NCBI GenBank assembly: GCA_022823625.1
Contig: JAJEHQ010000036.1
Span: 1,032 to 65,031 of the forward strand
Reading direction: 5' to 3'
Source of the DNA: Gammaproteobacteria bacterium
GTDB taxonomy: Bacteria > Pseudomonadota > Gammaproteobacteria > Arenicellales > JAJDZL01
Length of the DNA: 64,000 nucleotides
A program made the position numbers and the translations under genes. The notes beneath the pieces were generated by a model. It did no database searches. It had not been told where the DNA came from and was given only the letters and a program-made list of their open reading frames with translations. Shown piece by piece: positions 48,012-57,432 of the stretch (its first letter is position 1; every line of letters starts with the position of its first letter).

Positions 48012-49040
48012 ATGAAGAAATTCTTAAAAAATGCATTGCTTGCAGTGTTGGCGTCGGCCATGAGCGGTTTTGGACTGATTGCTTCGACATCTGTAAGTGC
48101 CGCAGGACCGGATGGCTATCCAAATCGTCCAATTACTGTGATCTGCTGCTATGGAAAAGGCGGCGGTTCAGATCAGGCAGTTGACGCAATTGTTGGTCCG
48201 GCTGCAAAAATCATGAACGCGAAGATCAACAAGATCAACATCACAGGTGGCGGTGGATTGAATTGTCTACCCGAATTTTTGCAGGCTCCGGCAGATGGTT
48301 ATACGCTTTTGCAGCACATCGACACATTGCCCTCTCGTTATGTTGAAGGTCGAATTGATTTGAATCCCGTCACGGATGTTGAATCATTGGTGATCATGAA
48401 TGTTGCGCCAACCATGCTGTTTATCAATGGTGAAGATGAAAAATTCATCACAGACGGCAAGGCAGATTGGGACAAAGTGGTAGCTTATGCCCAACAGGGT
48501 GAGGGCAACCTGACTGTATCCAATATCAACATTCCAATGGAACTTGTTAGCATGGCGGTTGTTGAAAAGCACTTTGGATTTAAATCCAAGCAGGTTCTCA
48601 CCGGTAAATCTGCAGAACGCTTTGGAGCAGTGATCGGTGGTCAGCTTGATGTGCTCATGGAACAGCCCGGTGACGTTTCCAAATACGTCGAAGCAGGACA
48701 GTTGAAACCAGTTCTAGCTCTGTGGCCAACCCGGTTTGACAATTTCCCGGATGTGAAAGCCCTCGGTGCTGACTATGGTCTGGATTGGGATCCGCTACTG
48801 CGATTCCGTGGTATGTTCGTGAAACAAGGAACACCGCCCGAAATCGTTGAATACCTGGCGGAGGTTTTTGCAGAAGCCTACAATTCTGAAGAACACCAGG
48901 ATTTTGTTAAGCGTAAAAGTCTTGACATTGTTGACTCATTCAGAAGTCGAGCAGACACCACAAAAATTATTGAAGACTCAGTAGATGTCTACATTAACGA
49001 GTTTCGTGAATTAGGATTGCCTATCCGCGAAGGGTTGTAA
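48012..49040 (+). CDS. tctC: TTT transporter substrate-binding protein (TctC/Bug)
   Basis: Signal peptide, YPNRPITVI, GGGSD, GGGG, APADGYTL, GTPPEIV. Confidence 0.88.
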   Translation: MKKFLKNALLAVLASAMSGFGLIASTSVSAAGPDGYPNRPITVICCYGKGGGSDQAVDAIVGPAAKIMNAKINKINITGGGGLNCLPEFLQAPADGYTLLQHIDTLPSRYVEGRIDLNPVTDVESLVIMNVAPTMLFINGEDEKFITDGKADWDKVVAYAQQGEGNLTVSNINIPMELVSMAVVEKHFGFKSKQVLTGKSAERFGAVIGGQLDVLMEQPGDVSKYVEAGQLKPVLALWPTRFDNFPDVKALGADYGLDWDPLLRFRGMFVKQGTPPEIVEYLAEVFAEAYNSEEHQDFVKRKSLDIVDSFRSRADTTKIIEDSVDVYINEFRELGLPIREGL

Positions 49041-49061
49041 TTTGACCTAGATCATTCGAAT

Positions 49062-49110
49062 TCCGTCAGCGGCTTCGACTCATTCGAAGTCGCTGGCGGA
49101 TATTTATTTT
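49062..49110 (+). terminator. Stem-loop after tctC (partial terminator or stabiliser)
   Basis: 17-bp stem with G-U pairs (TCCGTCAGCGGCTTCGA/TCGAAGTCGCTGGCGGA), then TATTTATTTT. Confidence 0.65.
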
Positions 49111-49141
49111 TCTTTGCAAATTCGACTGCCTGTTTTAAATC

Positions 49142-49678
49142 ATGTCTGATTCCCGTCAGTCTGTATATAAACGATATTCCCATCTGTTAGAAGGAATCGT
49201 TTGGCTTGTCTTTGTTCTTCTGGCGGCTGCATATACGTTTGATTTTGATGACCCACTGCAAGTCTATGAATGGGGACCTGCCCACTGGCCAAGAGTTGTA
49301 CTGTTCGGTATGTTCGTGGCCTGCCTCTGGTTGCTGTTTGTTGAATCTCGGAAGAAAGAAGACAGCGAAGAGGTTGTACCCGCCACCAAAACCAAAATTG
49401 AATTTTCAACCCGTGTTCGAATGGTATTGATTTTTGGTCTGCCAGTGCTGTACTCATTTTTGATTCACAGGATGGGATTCTTACTGATTACGCCATTTTT
49501 CCTATGTGCTTATATGTGGGTTGTCGGTGTTAAGAAAATACGAACATTGATCATTATGACTGTAGGAATTTATGCTGCAATTGTGATCATTTTTATTAAG
49601 CTGATATTTACGTATTTGCCTCCTGGAGCAGGAGTTTTCAATACGATTAACGGATACATTCTCAGGGTTCTGCAGTAA
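49142..49678 (+). CDS. tctB: TTT transporter small membrane subunit
   Basis: 4-5 TM, GPAHWP, LPPG; lies between tctC and tctA. Confidence 0.85.
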   Translation: MSDSRQSVYKRYSHLLEGIVWLVFVLLAAAYTFDFDDPLQVYEWGPAHWPRVVLFGMFVACLWLLFVESRKKEDSEEVVPATKTKIEFSTRVRMVLIFGLPVLYSFLIHRMGFLLITPFFLCAYMWVVGVKKIRTLIIMTVGIYAAIVIIFIKLIFTYLPPGAGVFNTINGYILRVLQ

Positions 49679-51189
49679 TGGAAAACTTTTTAGTCGGAAC
49701 TGAGCAACTGTTTACCGATCCCATCGGCATTCTGATTTTTGTCGTTGCCCTTATTGCAGGCCTTGTATTTGGTGCCGTACCTGGCTTAAGCCTGCTCACC
49801 CTTGGAGCAGTTCTACTTCCATTTACTGCGTACCTGTCATCAACACATGCAATCATGTTGTACGGTGTCATCTATGTTGCGGGGGTTTATGGAGGCGCCG
49901 TAACAGCAATTCTATTTAACATTCCAGGGTCGGTGGAAAACGCACCTACTGCTTTTGATGGATACCCGATGACTCTAAAGGGTGAGTCCGGAAAAGCGAT
50001 TGGTTATGCGGTTACCTGTTCTGCGTTCGGGGGTACTTTGGCAGCCATCGCCATGATGGCGTTTACAGGACCTGTAGCGGATTTTGCAATCCGTAATTTT
50101 GGACCGATTGAAATTTTCGCACTTGTATTTTTTGGCCTTGCAGTGGTTGCTGGCATTGGAACCCGCTCACTATCAAAAGGTTGGCTGTCTTTGTTGGTGG
50201 GCCTGTTGATCGGATCAATTGGGAGCGACCCTACTGGAGGAATTCCGCGATTTCACTTTGGCACACTTTATTTACACGGTGGCGTTCATTTTGTGCCGCT
50301 GATTCTTGGATTTTTTGCTGTTGCAGAAGTTTTTGTGCAGGGGTTGAAACTTGCAAAGGGCGAATATAAAGCGCCTAAGGTTTCAGTTTCCTATCCAACA
50401 TTCTTTGAATTCTGGAAAATGAAGTTCGTCGTTGTGCGCTCCGCACTAATTGGTTTTTTCTGTGGCGTGCTACCTGGAATTGGAGCCACTTTGGCAGCTT
50501 TCATGTCATACAACGAAGCTGTGCGCTGGTCTAAGAATCGTCTGAATTTTGGCAAAGGCGAGCCGGAGGGTGTCGTAGCACCCGAGACCGCAAATAATGC
50601 GGCCACTGGTGCAGCAATGATTCCGTTGCTGGCCTTGGGTTTGCCTGGTGGCGCATTGACCGCCATGATGATCGGTGTTTTCAATCTGCATGACATGGAT
50701 GTTGGGCCACTGATCATGATCGAAGCGCATGACCTCGTATGGGTACTGTTCGCTTCAATGTTTTGGGCGAGTCTTGCGATTTTGTTCGTTGGCGTAGTTG
50801 AAGCGAAGGGAATTGTCAACCTCTTGAGAATCCCGTTTCCGATTCTTGCACCAACTATTTTGATTTTTGCAACAATCGGTGCATTTGCTCTTCGGGGCAA
50901 TATTCTAGATGTCTATTCGATGTTTATTGCTGGAGTGGTTGGCTTCTTGATGAGAAAAGGTGACTATTCGATTCCGGCTCTTGTGATGGGCGTTATTCTT
51001 GGTCAAATTGGCGAGGATACGTTCGCTAGATCAATGGTATTGCTTGACTACAATGTGTTTGCGTTCTTTACCAAACCAATCAGCGGAATCTTGATAGCTG
51101 CGGGTCTGATTACAATAACGATGAACATTATTCGACATCGCCAGCTCTTTGGTAGCTACTACGCTGAATATAAGGACGAAAACGCTTAA
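49678..51189 (+). CDS. tctA: TTT transporter large membrane subunit
   Basis: GAVPGL, YGGAVTAILFNIPG, FDGYP, PETANNA, LALGLPG. Confidence 0.92.
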   Translation: MENFLVGTEQLFTDPIGILIFVVALIAGLVFGAVPGLSLLTLGAVLLPFTAYLSSTHAIMLYGVIYVAGVYGGAVTAILFNIPGSVENAPTAFDGYPMTLKGESGKAIGYAVTCSAFGGTLAAIAMMAFTGPVADFAIRNFGPIEIFALVFFGLAVVAGIGTRSLSKGWLSLLVGLLIGSIGSDPTGGIPRFHFGTLYLHGGVHFVPLILGFFAVAEVFVQGLKLAKGEYKAPKVSVSYPTFFEFWKMKFVVVRSALIGFFCGVLPGIGATLAAFMSYNEAVRWSKNRLNFGKGEPEGVVAPETANNAATGAAMIPLLALGLPGGALTAMMIGVFNLHDMDVGPLIMIEAHDLVWVLFASMFWASLAILFVGVVEAKGIVNLLRIPFPILAPTILIFATIGAFALRGNILDVYSMFIAGVVGFLMRKGDYSIPALVMGVILGQIGEDTFARSMVLLDYNVFAFFTKPISGILIAAGLITITMNIIRHRQLFGSYYAEYKDENA

Positions 51190-51324
51190 TCAGACTTTTG
51201 CGATGTTTCCGATCCTTCAGTAGACATTCAGTCACTCCAATATACAGTTCAGTAGATCGTGGTCAAATTAGACTTCGCTACTTGAATATGTCTTCGCATA
51301 TTTCACACCCTGGGGAGGGTTAAC

Positions 51325-52566
51325 ATGATCGACAAACTACGTGTAAACGGCGACCGATTGTGGGCTTCTTTGATGGAAATGGCGCAAATCGGCGCAACTG
51401 AAAAGGGCGGGGTTTGTCGCCTGGCATTATCGGATTTAGATCGAGAAGGAAGAGACCTGTTATCAAAGTGGGCTGAAGAGCAGGGTTGCAGTCGCCTCGT
51501 AGATCCGATGGGAAATATGTTTTTTCGACGGCCAGGCCGTTCACCAGATGGAAAACCAGTTGGTTCGGGTAGTCACTTGGATACTCAGCCAACAGGTGGA
51601 AAATTTGACGGTGTATATGGCGTATTAGCTGCACTCGAAGTAATTCGAACGTTGAACGATGCCAATATAGAAACTGATTTGCCAGTCGAAATGGTTGTGT
51701 GGACAAATGAAGAAGGAGCTCGATTTCCTCCATCAATGATAGGCTCTGCTGTATATGCGGGGGCTTTTGATCTGGAGTACGGCCATTCTCGTTCCGACCA
51801 TGATGGCAAGACGATAGGTGGCGAACTTGAAAGAATAGGGTATTTAGGGAATCCACTCCCTAGCAATCACGGTTTCTCGGCTTTTTTCGAAACACATATT
51901 GAGCAAGGTCCCATTCTTGAAGAGATAGACAAGCCCATCGGTGTCGTTTCCGGAGTTCAGGGTGTGCAATGGTATGATGTGAACGTTATTGGAGAAGAAG
52001 CGCATGCTGGTCCAACTCCAATGGCTAATCGTCGCGATGCCTTGAGAGGGGCGGGAGAATTGATCGGGCGCTTATACAAGACTGCGGAAAATTGCGGGTT
52101 TGCAGCCCGACTGACAGTTGGAGAATTTCGAACCTATCCAGGTTCTCGAAATACAGTACCTTCGCGAGTCGAATTCACAATTGATGTGCGGCACCCAGAT
52201 GGAAAAACTTTTGATGATCTTCACAACCAGGTCATAACTACGGTAGAGCAATTTGACAGAGAGTCAAAGCTAAACGCTGAAATAAAGCGTATTTTTGCCT
52301 CACCTCCGATTGAGTTTGATCGGGGTTGTATTGAAGTTGTTCGAAAAAGCGCCGAAAAATGCGGTTACAGCACAAATGAAATGTTTAGTGGAGCTGGCCA
52401 TGACTCAGTCTATATTTCAAAGGTAGCACCAACATCAATGATCTTTATTCCCTGCGACGGGGGTGTCAGTCACAACGAAATTGAGAACACGTCGAGTGAG
52501 TTTTGCGAAGCGGGGGCCAATACACTGCTGCATTCGATGATTGCGAAAGCAGGGGTTGTTGCATGA
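51325..52566 (+). CDS. M20 Zn amidohydrolase (N-carbamoylase/beta-ureidopropionase/allantoate amidohydrolase family)
   Basis: GSHLDTQPTGGKFDG, TNEEGARF, HIEQGP, HAGPTPM, SGAGHD, SHNE. Confidence 0.92.
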   Translation: MIDKLRVNGDRLWASLMEMAQIGATEKGGVCRLALSDLDREGRDLLSKWAEEQGCSRLVDPMGNMFFRRPGRSPDGKPVGSGSHLDTQPTGGKFDGVYGVLAALEVIRTLNDANIETDLPVEMVVWTNEEGARFPPSMIGSAVYAGAFDLEYGHSRSDHDGKTIGGELERIGYLGNPLPSNHGFSAFFETHIEQGPILEEIDKPIGVVSGVQGVQWYDVNVIGEEAHAGPTPMANRRDALRGAGELIGRLYKTAENCGFAARLTVGEFRTYPGSRNTVPSRVEFTIDVRHPDGKTFDDLHNQVITTVEQFDRESKLNAEIKRIFASPPIEFDRGCIEVVRKSAEKCGYSTNEMFSGAGHDSVYISKVAPTSMIFIPCDGGVSHNEIENTSSEFCEAGANTLLHSMIAKAGVVA

Positions 52567-53513
52567 CCGAAACGATCGATCTGTTGGGAATTGGTAACGC
52601 AATTAATGACAACCTTTGTCGATCGAGTGATGACGAGCTTAAGAAAAACGGACTAATTAAAGGTTCAATGGCACTGATAGATGGACAAAAGGCCGCTGAA
52701 TTACAGTCCACCGTTAGTCCTGTGTCGAGGCAATCGGGAGGTTCGGTTTCAAACTCTGTTGTTCATTTTGCTCAACTGGGTGGTCGAAGTCAATTTATTG
52801 GGAAGGTTGCCAATGATGATGCAGGGACGCACTTTATCGATGAGTTGATCCAGGAAGGTGTCGAATACAGTACGTCATTTCTAAAATCAGGGATTTCGAC
52901 CGGACGATGCTATGTATTTGTTACGTCTGATGGTCAAAGGACGATGTGTACCTATCTTGGAGCCAGTAGTGAATTGAGTATCGCAGATGTTGATGCCGAT
53001 GCTTTAGACCGAACTAAAGTCCTATTCATTGAAGGTTATCTTTGGGCTTCCCCATGTGCCAAAGAAATGATTCTGGAATCGGTTTTGGTTGCCAAGAAAA
53101 GCGAAACAATCATTGCATTCTCTTTGTCGGACCCAATTCTTGTGGATGGTTTTCGATCTGAATTCCAGCAATTTGTTGAAAATGATGTTGACTTTCTGAT
53201 TGGAAATGACCAGGAAGTCCATCAACTATATGAAACCAATACATTGCAAGATTCTATCGAAGAGCTCAAAAACCGCGTGGCTCACTTCGTCATTACTCGC
53301 GGTGAGAAAGGTTCAGTAGCAGTTGTTCAGCATGAGGTATTCAAGCGTTCTGCGACTCCGGTTGCGCAAGTCGTCGATACCACTGGTGCGGGAGATGCAT
53401 TTGCTGGGGGTTATCTATACGGCTTGACACAAAATAATTCCATTGAGCAGTGTTTGGATGTTGCCTCTAACCGAGCGGGACAGGTAATCAGTCATTTCGG
53501 TGGACGAAACTAA
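52563..53513 (+). CDS. PfkB-family kinase (adenosine kinase-like)
   Basis: GIGNAI, SGGSVSN, RTMCTYLGA, EGYLW, DTTGAGDAFAGG; ATGA overlap with the upstream gene. Confidence 0.88.
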   Translation: MTETIDLLGIGNAINDNLCRSSDDELKKNGLIKGSMALIDGQKAAELQSTVSPVSRQSGGSVSNSVVHFAQLGGRSQFIGKVANDDAGTHFIDELIQEGVEYSTSFLKSGISTGRCYVFVTSDGQRTMCTYLGASSELSIADVDADALDRTKVLFIEGYLWASPCAKEMILESVLVAKKSETIIAFSLSDPILVDGFRSEFQQFVENDVDFLIGNDQEVHQLYETNTLQDSIEELKNRVAHFVITRGEKGSVAVVQHEVFKRSATPVAQVVDTTGAGDAFAGGYLYGLTQNNSIEQCLDVASNRAGQVISHFGGRN

Positions 53514-53635
53514 TTACTTTGATAACCCATTTTCTGGTCAACCAATCAATTGGCAGTCTGTTTTAAACTTCGAAACTAAGCACATTCACAATGATAGATT
53601 AAGCAATATCTAGCGGATACAACACGCCTAGGAAA

Positions 53636-53675
53636 GGCATCAGCAGGATCTTGATCTACTGATGCTGTTTTTTTT
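53636..53675 (+). terminator. Intrinsic terminator
   Basis: GGCATCAG...CTGATGCT stem with inner GATC pairing, followed by a T8 tract. Confidence 0.65.
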
Positions 53676-54042
53676 GGTGGGCGTGGTTGGCAATCATTCA
53701 ATTTCCAATTCTTCTGTTCTCCTGGCTTCACTCCATGAGAAATCCTATGAAAGTCTTGACGAGTTTGTGTAGTATCAATACACGAAGTTTTGCCTGCATA
53801 TGCGAAGACGACCTTAAACCACCATTGCCGGTGGAATGGTTGTGTATACGGTTGTATCGATGAATGCGTCGGATAATTTGTCAGGCTGACGGCAAATCAT
53901 CAAATTCTATTCAACTGGGAAAAAATTAATCATAATTGAATGGAAATCTGAATCAATAGCTTATTGTCTTATAACGATTTTCGGCAGCGGAAGCGAAAAC
54001 GAAAAAAACGCTCACATCCTATGAAAATGGAAAAAAATTGAA

Positions 54043-54690
54043 TTAAGATTGAATTCTGGTAGGCAATTGGCTTAACCAATCTTGATATTCTACTTCCTGT
54101 GTCTTGGCCAACAACTTACGCAAGGCTTGGAGTGGGGCTTCGTGATAATCAATTCTTAACGACAATGGAGGGAGAGCCTGATTCACCACCAAAAGAGCGG
54201 CCGACATTATGCCCCGACGATCTCCGCCGACTTCAAATCCCGCCTCCAGCGTGTCGATGAGTCGATTCGCAATTTCTCCAGTTGATTCGATAAAACTGTT
54301 TCTCATCGTCGAAAGCACGCGGTCATTCATGAGAATATTACCCGCCAAAACCAAATTTGTCTCAACGATGTGATCAACGATCGGCAAATTTTCGGAACCA
54401 CTGAAAATGCCTCCCACTCCCTTGGCGTCTAGAGCGGCTAGTTGTCGGTAGTTACTGCCTTCATCGGCTGAGACGATTTTCTGAACCGCGTCGTCAGCAT
54501 TGACGCCTTTAGCCATCTGACCAATTACGTCTTCTCCCCACAAAGTGCTTGGCTTGGCTCCCTGAGATGCTGATATCCCCGCACTTGAATCAGCTCGCAA
54601 CACCCAGCCACCCACACATAAGTTGCCTGTCGCAGATGCTCCTGCCAAGGTTTGCGTCGATGGTTCAAAAGTGAGCATAGAAAATGTCAT
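54043..54690 (-). CDS. DUF1028 (Ntn-hydrolase-like) protein, second paralogue
   Basis: MTFSM, ATGNLCVGGWV, SASQG, YRQL, AGNIL, GGDRRGIMSAAL, LRID. Confidence 0.85.
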   Translation of the reverse strand: MTFSMLTFEPSTQTLAGASATGNLCVGGWVLRADSSAGISASQGAKPSTLWGEDVIGQMAKGVNADDAVQKIVSADEGSNYRQLAALDAKGVGGIFSGSENLPIVDHIVETNLVLAGNILMNDRVLSTMRNSFIESTGEIANRLIDTLEAGFEVGGDRRGIMSAALLVVNQALPPLSLRIDYHEAPLQALRKLLAKTQEVEYQDWLSQLPTRIQS

Positions 54691-54743
54691 TGTCCAATTC
54701 TTGGTCGCTGTGAGTGCAAAGTAACTAAAGTTTGAATTTTATA

Positions 54744-54775
54744 ATTTATTATGATAAATATTTATCATAATAAAT
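54744..54775. promoter_or_regulatory. 32-bp perfect palindrome, probable tandem operator in a divergent promoter
   Basis: ATTTATTATGATAAAT ATTTATCATAATAAAT; all 16 pairs match. Confidence 0.7.
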
Positions 54776-54816
54776 ACGTCTAATCGATTATTACCATATC
54801 AACGAAGAAAATTGTA

Positions 54817-56394
54817 ATGTTCAATATCACACAGGTTTTTCGCACCTTAACAGCGAAAATTGTCTTGGTGCTGTCACTGGGATTGGTTAGCATGGGGATA
54901 TTCGCGCAAACTGCCGACAACGTGCTGGTTGTCGGACAGATTGCAGAACCCAAATCATTGGACCCGGCAACAGTAACCGCAGTCAATGATTTTCGAATTC
55001 TGATGAATCTCTATGACGGTTTGGTTCGCTATAAAGATGGCACTTTGGAAGTTGAACCGGCATTGGCCAATAGTTGGACGATTAGTGATGACGGCATGAC
55101 TTACACGTTTGAACTGCGTTCAGATGTTGCGTTTCATGATGGCACAGCGGTTGACGCTGAAGCCGTGAAGTTCAACTTTGACCGAATGCTGGACGAGAAT
55201 CATCCTTATCACGATACCGGGCCCTTTCCACTATCGTTTTTCTTTTCGGCCATAGAAAACGTTGAAGCCGTAGACGCGGATACCGTCAGCTTCACGCTTA
55301 ACGCACCCTATGCCCCATTTCTGTCGAACTTAGCCTATCCGACGGGTCTAATTGCTTCGCCTGCTGCCATTCAGAAAAGCGGCGCCGAATTCGGACGCAA
55401 TCCTGTCGGTACAGGTGCATTCAAGTTTGAATCTTGGAAAGCCAACGAAAGCGTTATCCTGTTGCGTAACGATAACTACTGGAACGGTACCGCGGGTACC
55501 GAGGCGGTGGTTTTTCGACCGATTACGGATGGGAATACGCGAGTTGCGGAAATGCTTTCGGGCGGAATTGACATGATGGTTGAAGTGCCGCCGGTTTCCC
55601 TGTCGCGGTTTTCAGGGAGCGATTTCTCTGTCGTCGAACAAGCAGGTCCTCATGTCTGGTTCTTGATTCTGAACGCGAAAGAAGGTCCATTCTCCAACAA
55701 ATTGGTCAGGCAGGCTGCAAACTATGCAATCAACAAGAAAGCGATTGTTGAGGACGTTCTGGAAGGTACTGCTGCTATTGCCGCGGGTCCGACACCACCA
55801 GCATTTGCTTGGGCCTATAACGAAGAATTGGAGCCCTATCCATATGATCCAGACAAGGCGAAAGCACTGTTGAATGAAGCGGGTGTTTCTGATGCAAAAC
55901 TGACTTTCTATGTCACTCAAGGCGGTTCAGGAATGCTGGATCCAGTTGCCATGGGTACTGCAATCCAAGCAGATCTCGCCGCTGTCGGATTTGATGTCGA
56001 AATTCAGACATTTGAATGGAATACCTTTCTGGGTGAAGTGAATCCCGGTTTGGAAGGCAAGGCAGATATGGCTGAGATGGCATGGATGACCAATGACCCG
56101 GATACTCTTCCGTATCTTGCGCTGCGAACCGAAGCGTGGCCTGAGAAGGGTGGATTCAATTCAGGTTATTACTCGAACCCCAAGGTGGATGAACTGCTTG
56201 AAGCCGCCCGTTCTTCAGTTGACCAGTCGGAACGTGCACGGCTCTATAGGGAAATGCAGGAAATAGTCCAGGATGACGCGCCGTGGGTATTCGTGGCGAA
56301 TTGGAAACAGAATGCAGTGACTAGCAACAGAGTCAAGAATTTCTCGCTGCAGCCGTCTTTTCTGCTGCTGTTGAAAGACGTTTCCAAACAATAG
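54817..56394 (+). CDS. Peptide/nickel-family ABC substrate-binding protein (family 5)
   Basis: EPKSLDP, YDGLV, PALANSW, FHDGT, PVGTGAF, VRQAANYAIN, YSNP. Confidence 0.93.
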   Translation: MFNITQVFRTLTAKIVLVLSLGLVSMGIFAQTADNVLVVGQIAEPKSLDPATVTAVNDFRILMNLYDGLVRYKDGTLEVEPALANSWTISDDGMTYTFELRSDVAFHDGTAVDAEAVKFNFDRMLDENHPYHDTGPFPLSFFFSAIENVEAVDADTVSFTLNAPYAPFLSNLAYPTGLIASPAAIQKSGAEFGRNPVGTGAFKFESWKANESVILLRNDNYWNGTAGTEAVVFRPITDGNTRVAEMLSGGIDMMVEVPPVSLSRFSGSDFSVVEQAGPHVWFLILNAKEGPFSNKLVRQAANYAINKKAIVEDVLEGTAAIAAGPTPPAFAWAYNEELEPYPYDPDKAKALLNEAGVSDAKLTFYVTQGGSGMLDPVAMGTAIQADLAAVGFDVEIQTFEWNTFLGEVNPGLEGKADMAEMAWMTNDPDTLPYLALRTEAWPEKGGFNSGYYSNPKVDELLEAARSSVDQSERARLYREMQEIVQDDAPWVFVANWKQNAVTSNRVKNFSLQPSFLLLLKDVSKQ

Positions 56395-56422
56395 AGAAAG
56401 AAGTCTCCAGACAAAACCATTA

Positions 56423-56456
56423 AACTACAGGACGATGTTTCATTCGTCCTGTAGTT
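56423..56456 (+). promoter_or_regulatory. Stem-loop after the SBP gene (differential mRNA stability)
   Basis: 13-bp perfect stem AACTACAGGACGA/TCGTCCTGTAGTT. Confidence 0.6.
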
Positions 56457-56481
56457 CTATTCAGTTTTTGGGCGTTCATCT

Positions 56482-57432
56482 ATGTTGCGCTATATAGTAA
56501 GACGTCTCATTTCGATGATTCCAGTTCTGATTGGAATCACCGCCATCGTTTTTCTCATCATGTCGCTGATCCCAGGGGACCCGGCCACGGCGATACTGGG
56601 ATCTTATGCGACACCTGAGAATGTTGCCAACCTTAATGCCAAACTCGGCCTGGATAAACCGCTAGTACAGCGGTATTTCATCTGGCTTGGCAATCTGGCA
56701 CAAGGCGATTTTGGTCGTTCTTTTTCCTTGAACAGACCGGTTTTGGATGAAATTCTCGAACGCTTCAATGCGACTCTCATATTGTCCGGTACAGCGTATT
56801 TGCTGTGCTCTTTTTTGGGAGTCCTGGCAGGAATTTTCTCAGCCTCCAGACAGTACGAAATCAGCGATAAACTGATTACGTTTGTCGTGTTGATTGGCAT
56901 CTCCGTGCCGTCCTTTTTTCTTGGCATGATGCTGATCGTTTTCTTCACCGTCCAGTTGCGGTGGCTGCCTGCTTCGGGTATGTTTTCAATATATGGAGGA
57001 GGGGATTTTGTCGACCTGATTCGTCATCTGATCATGCCGGCGTTAGCTCTTTCATTTGTGGCGACCGGAGTGATTGCCCGACTCTCTCGTTCCACCATGT
57101 TGGAAGTGCTGAGGCTTGAGTATATCAGGACGGCCCGAGCCAAAGGCGTCAAAGAGTTTCGAGTCGTTACACGTCATGCCTTTAGGTCAGCTGTTGTCAC
57201 AATTCTTCCGGTGCTGGGTCTGCAGGCTGGATTCGTGCTGTCCGGGTCGGTTTATATCGAAATCGTTTTTCAGTGGCCGGGCATAGGAAGAATGTTGGTT
57301 GACGCGATCCTGACCAGAGATATTTTACTGGTGCAGGGAGGAGTTGTTTTTGTGGCGTTCTGTTATGTATTTTTCAATTTGGCGGTTGATGTCCTGCAGC
57401 TTTGGCTCGATCCGAGAATAACCAGAAAATGA
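56482..57432 (+). CDS. Peptide ABC permease (DppB-like)
   Basis: PGDPA, GDFGRS, EYIRTARAKG, DPRI. Confidence 0.92.
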   Translation: MLRYIVRRLISMIPVLIGITAIVFLIMSLIPGDPATAILGSYATPENVANLNAKLGLDKPLVQRYFIWLGNLAQGDFGRSFSLNRPVLDEILERFNATLILSGTAYLLCSFLGVLAGIFSASRQYEISDKLITFVVLIGISVPSFFLGMMLIVFFTVQLRWLPASGMFSIYGGGDFVDLIRHLIMPALALSFVATGVIARLSRSTMLEVLRLEYIRTARAKGVKEFRVVTRHAFRSAVVTILPVLGLQAGFVLSGSVYIEIVFQWPGIGRMLVDAILTRDILLVQGGVVFVAFCYVFFNLAVDVLQLWLDPRITRK

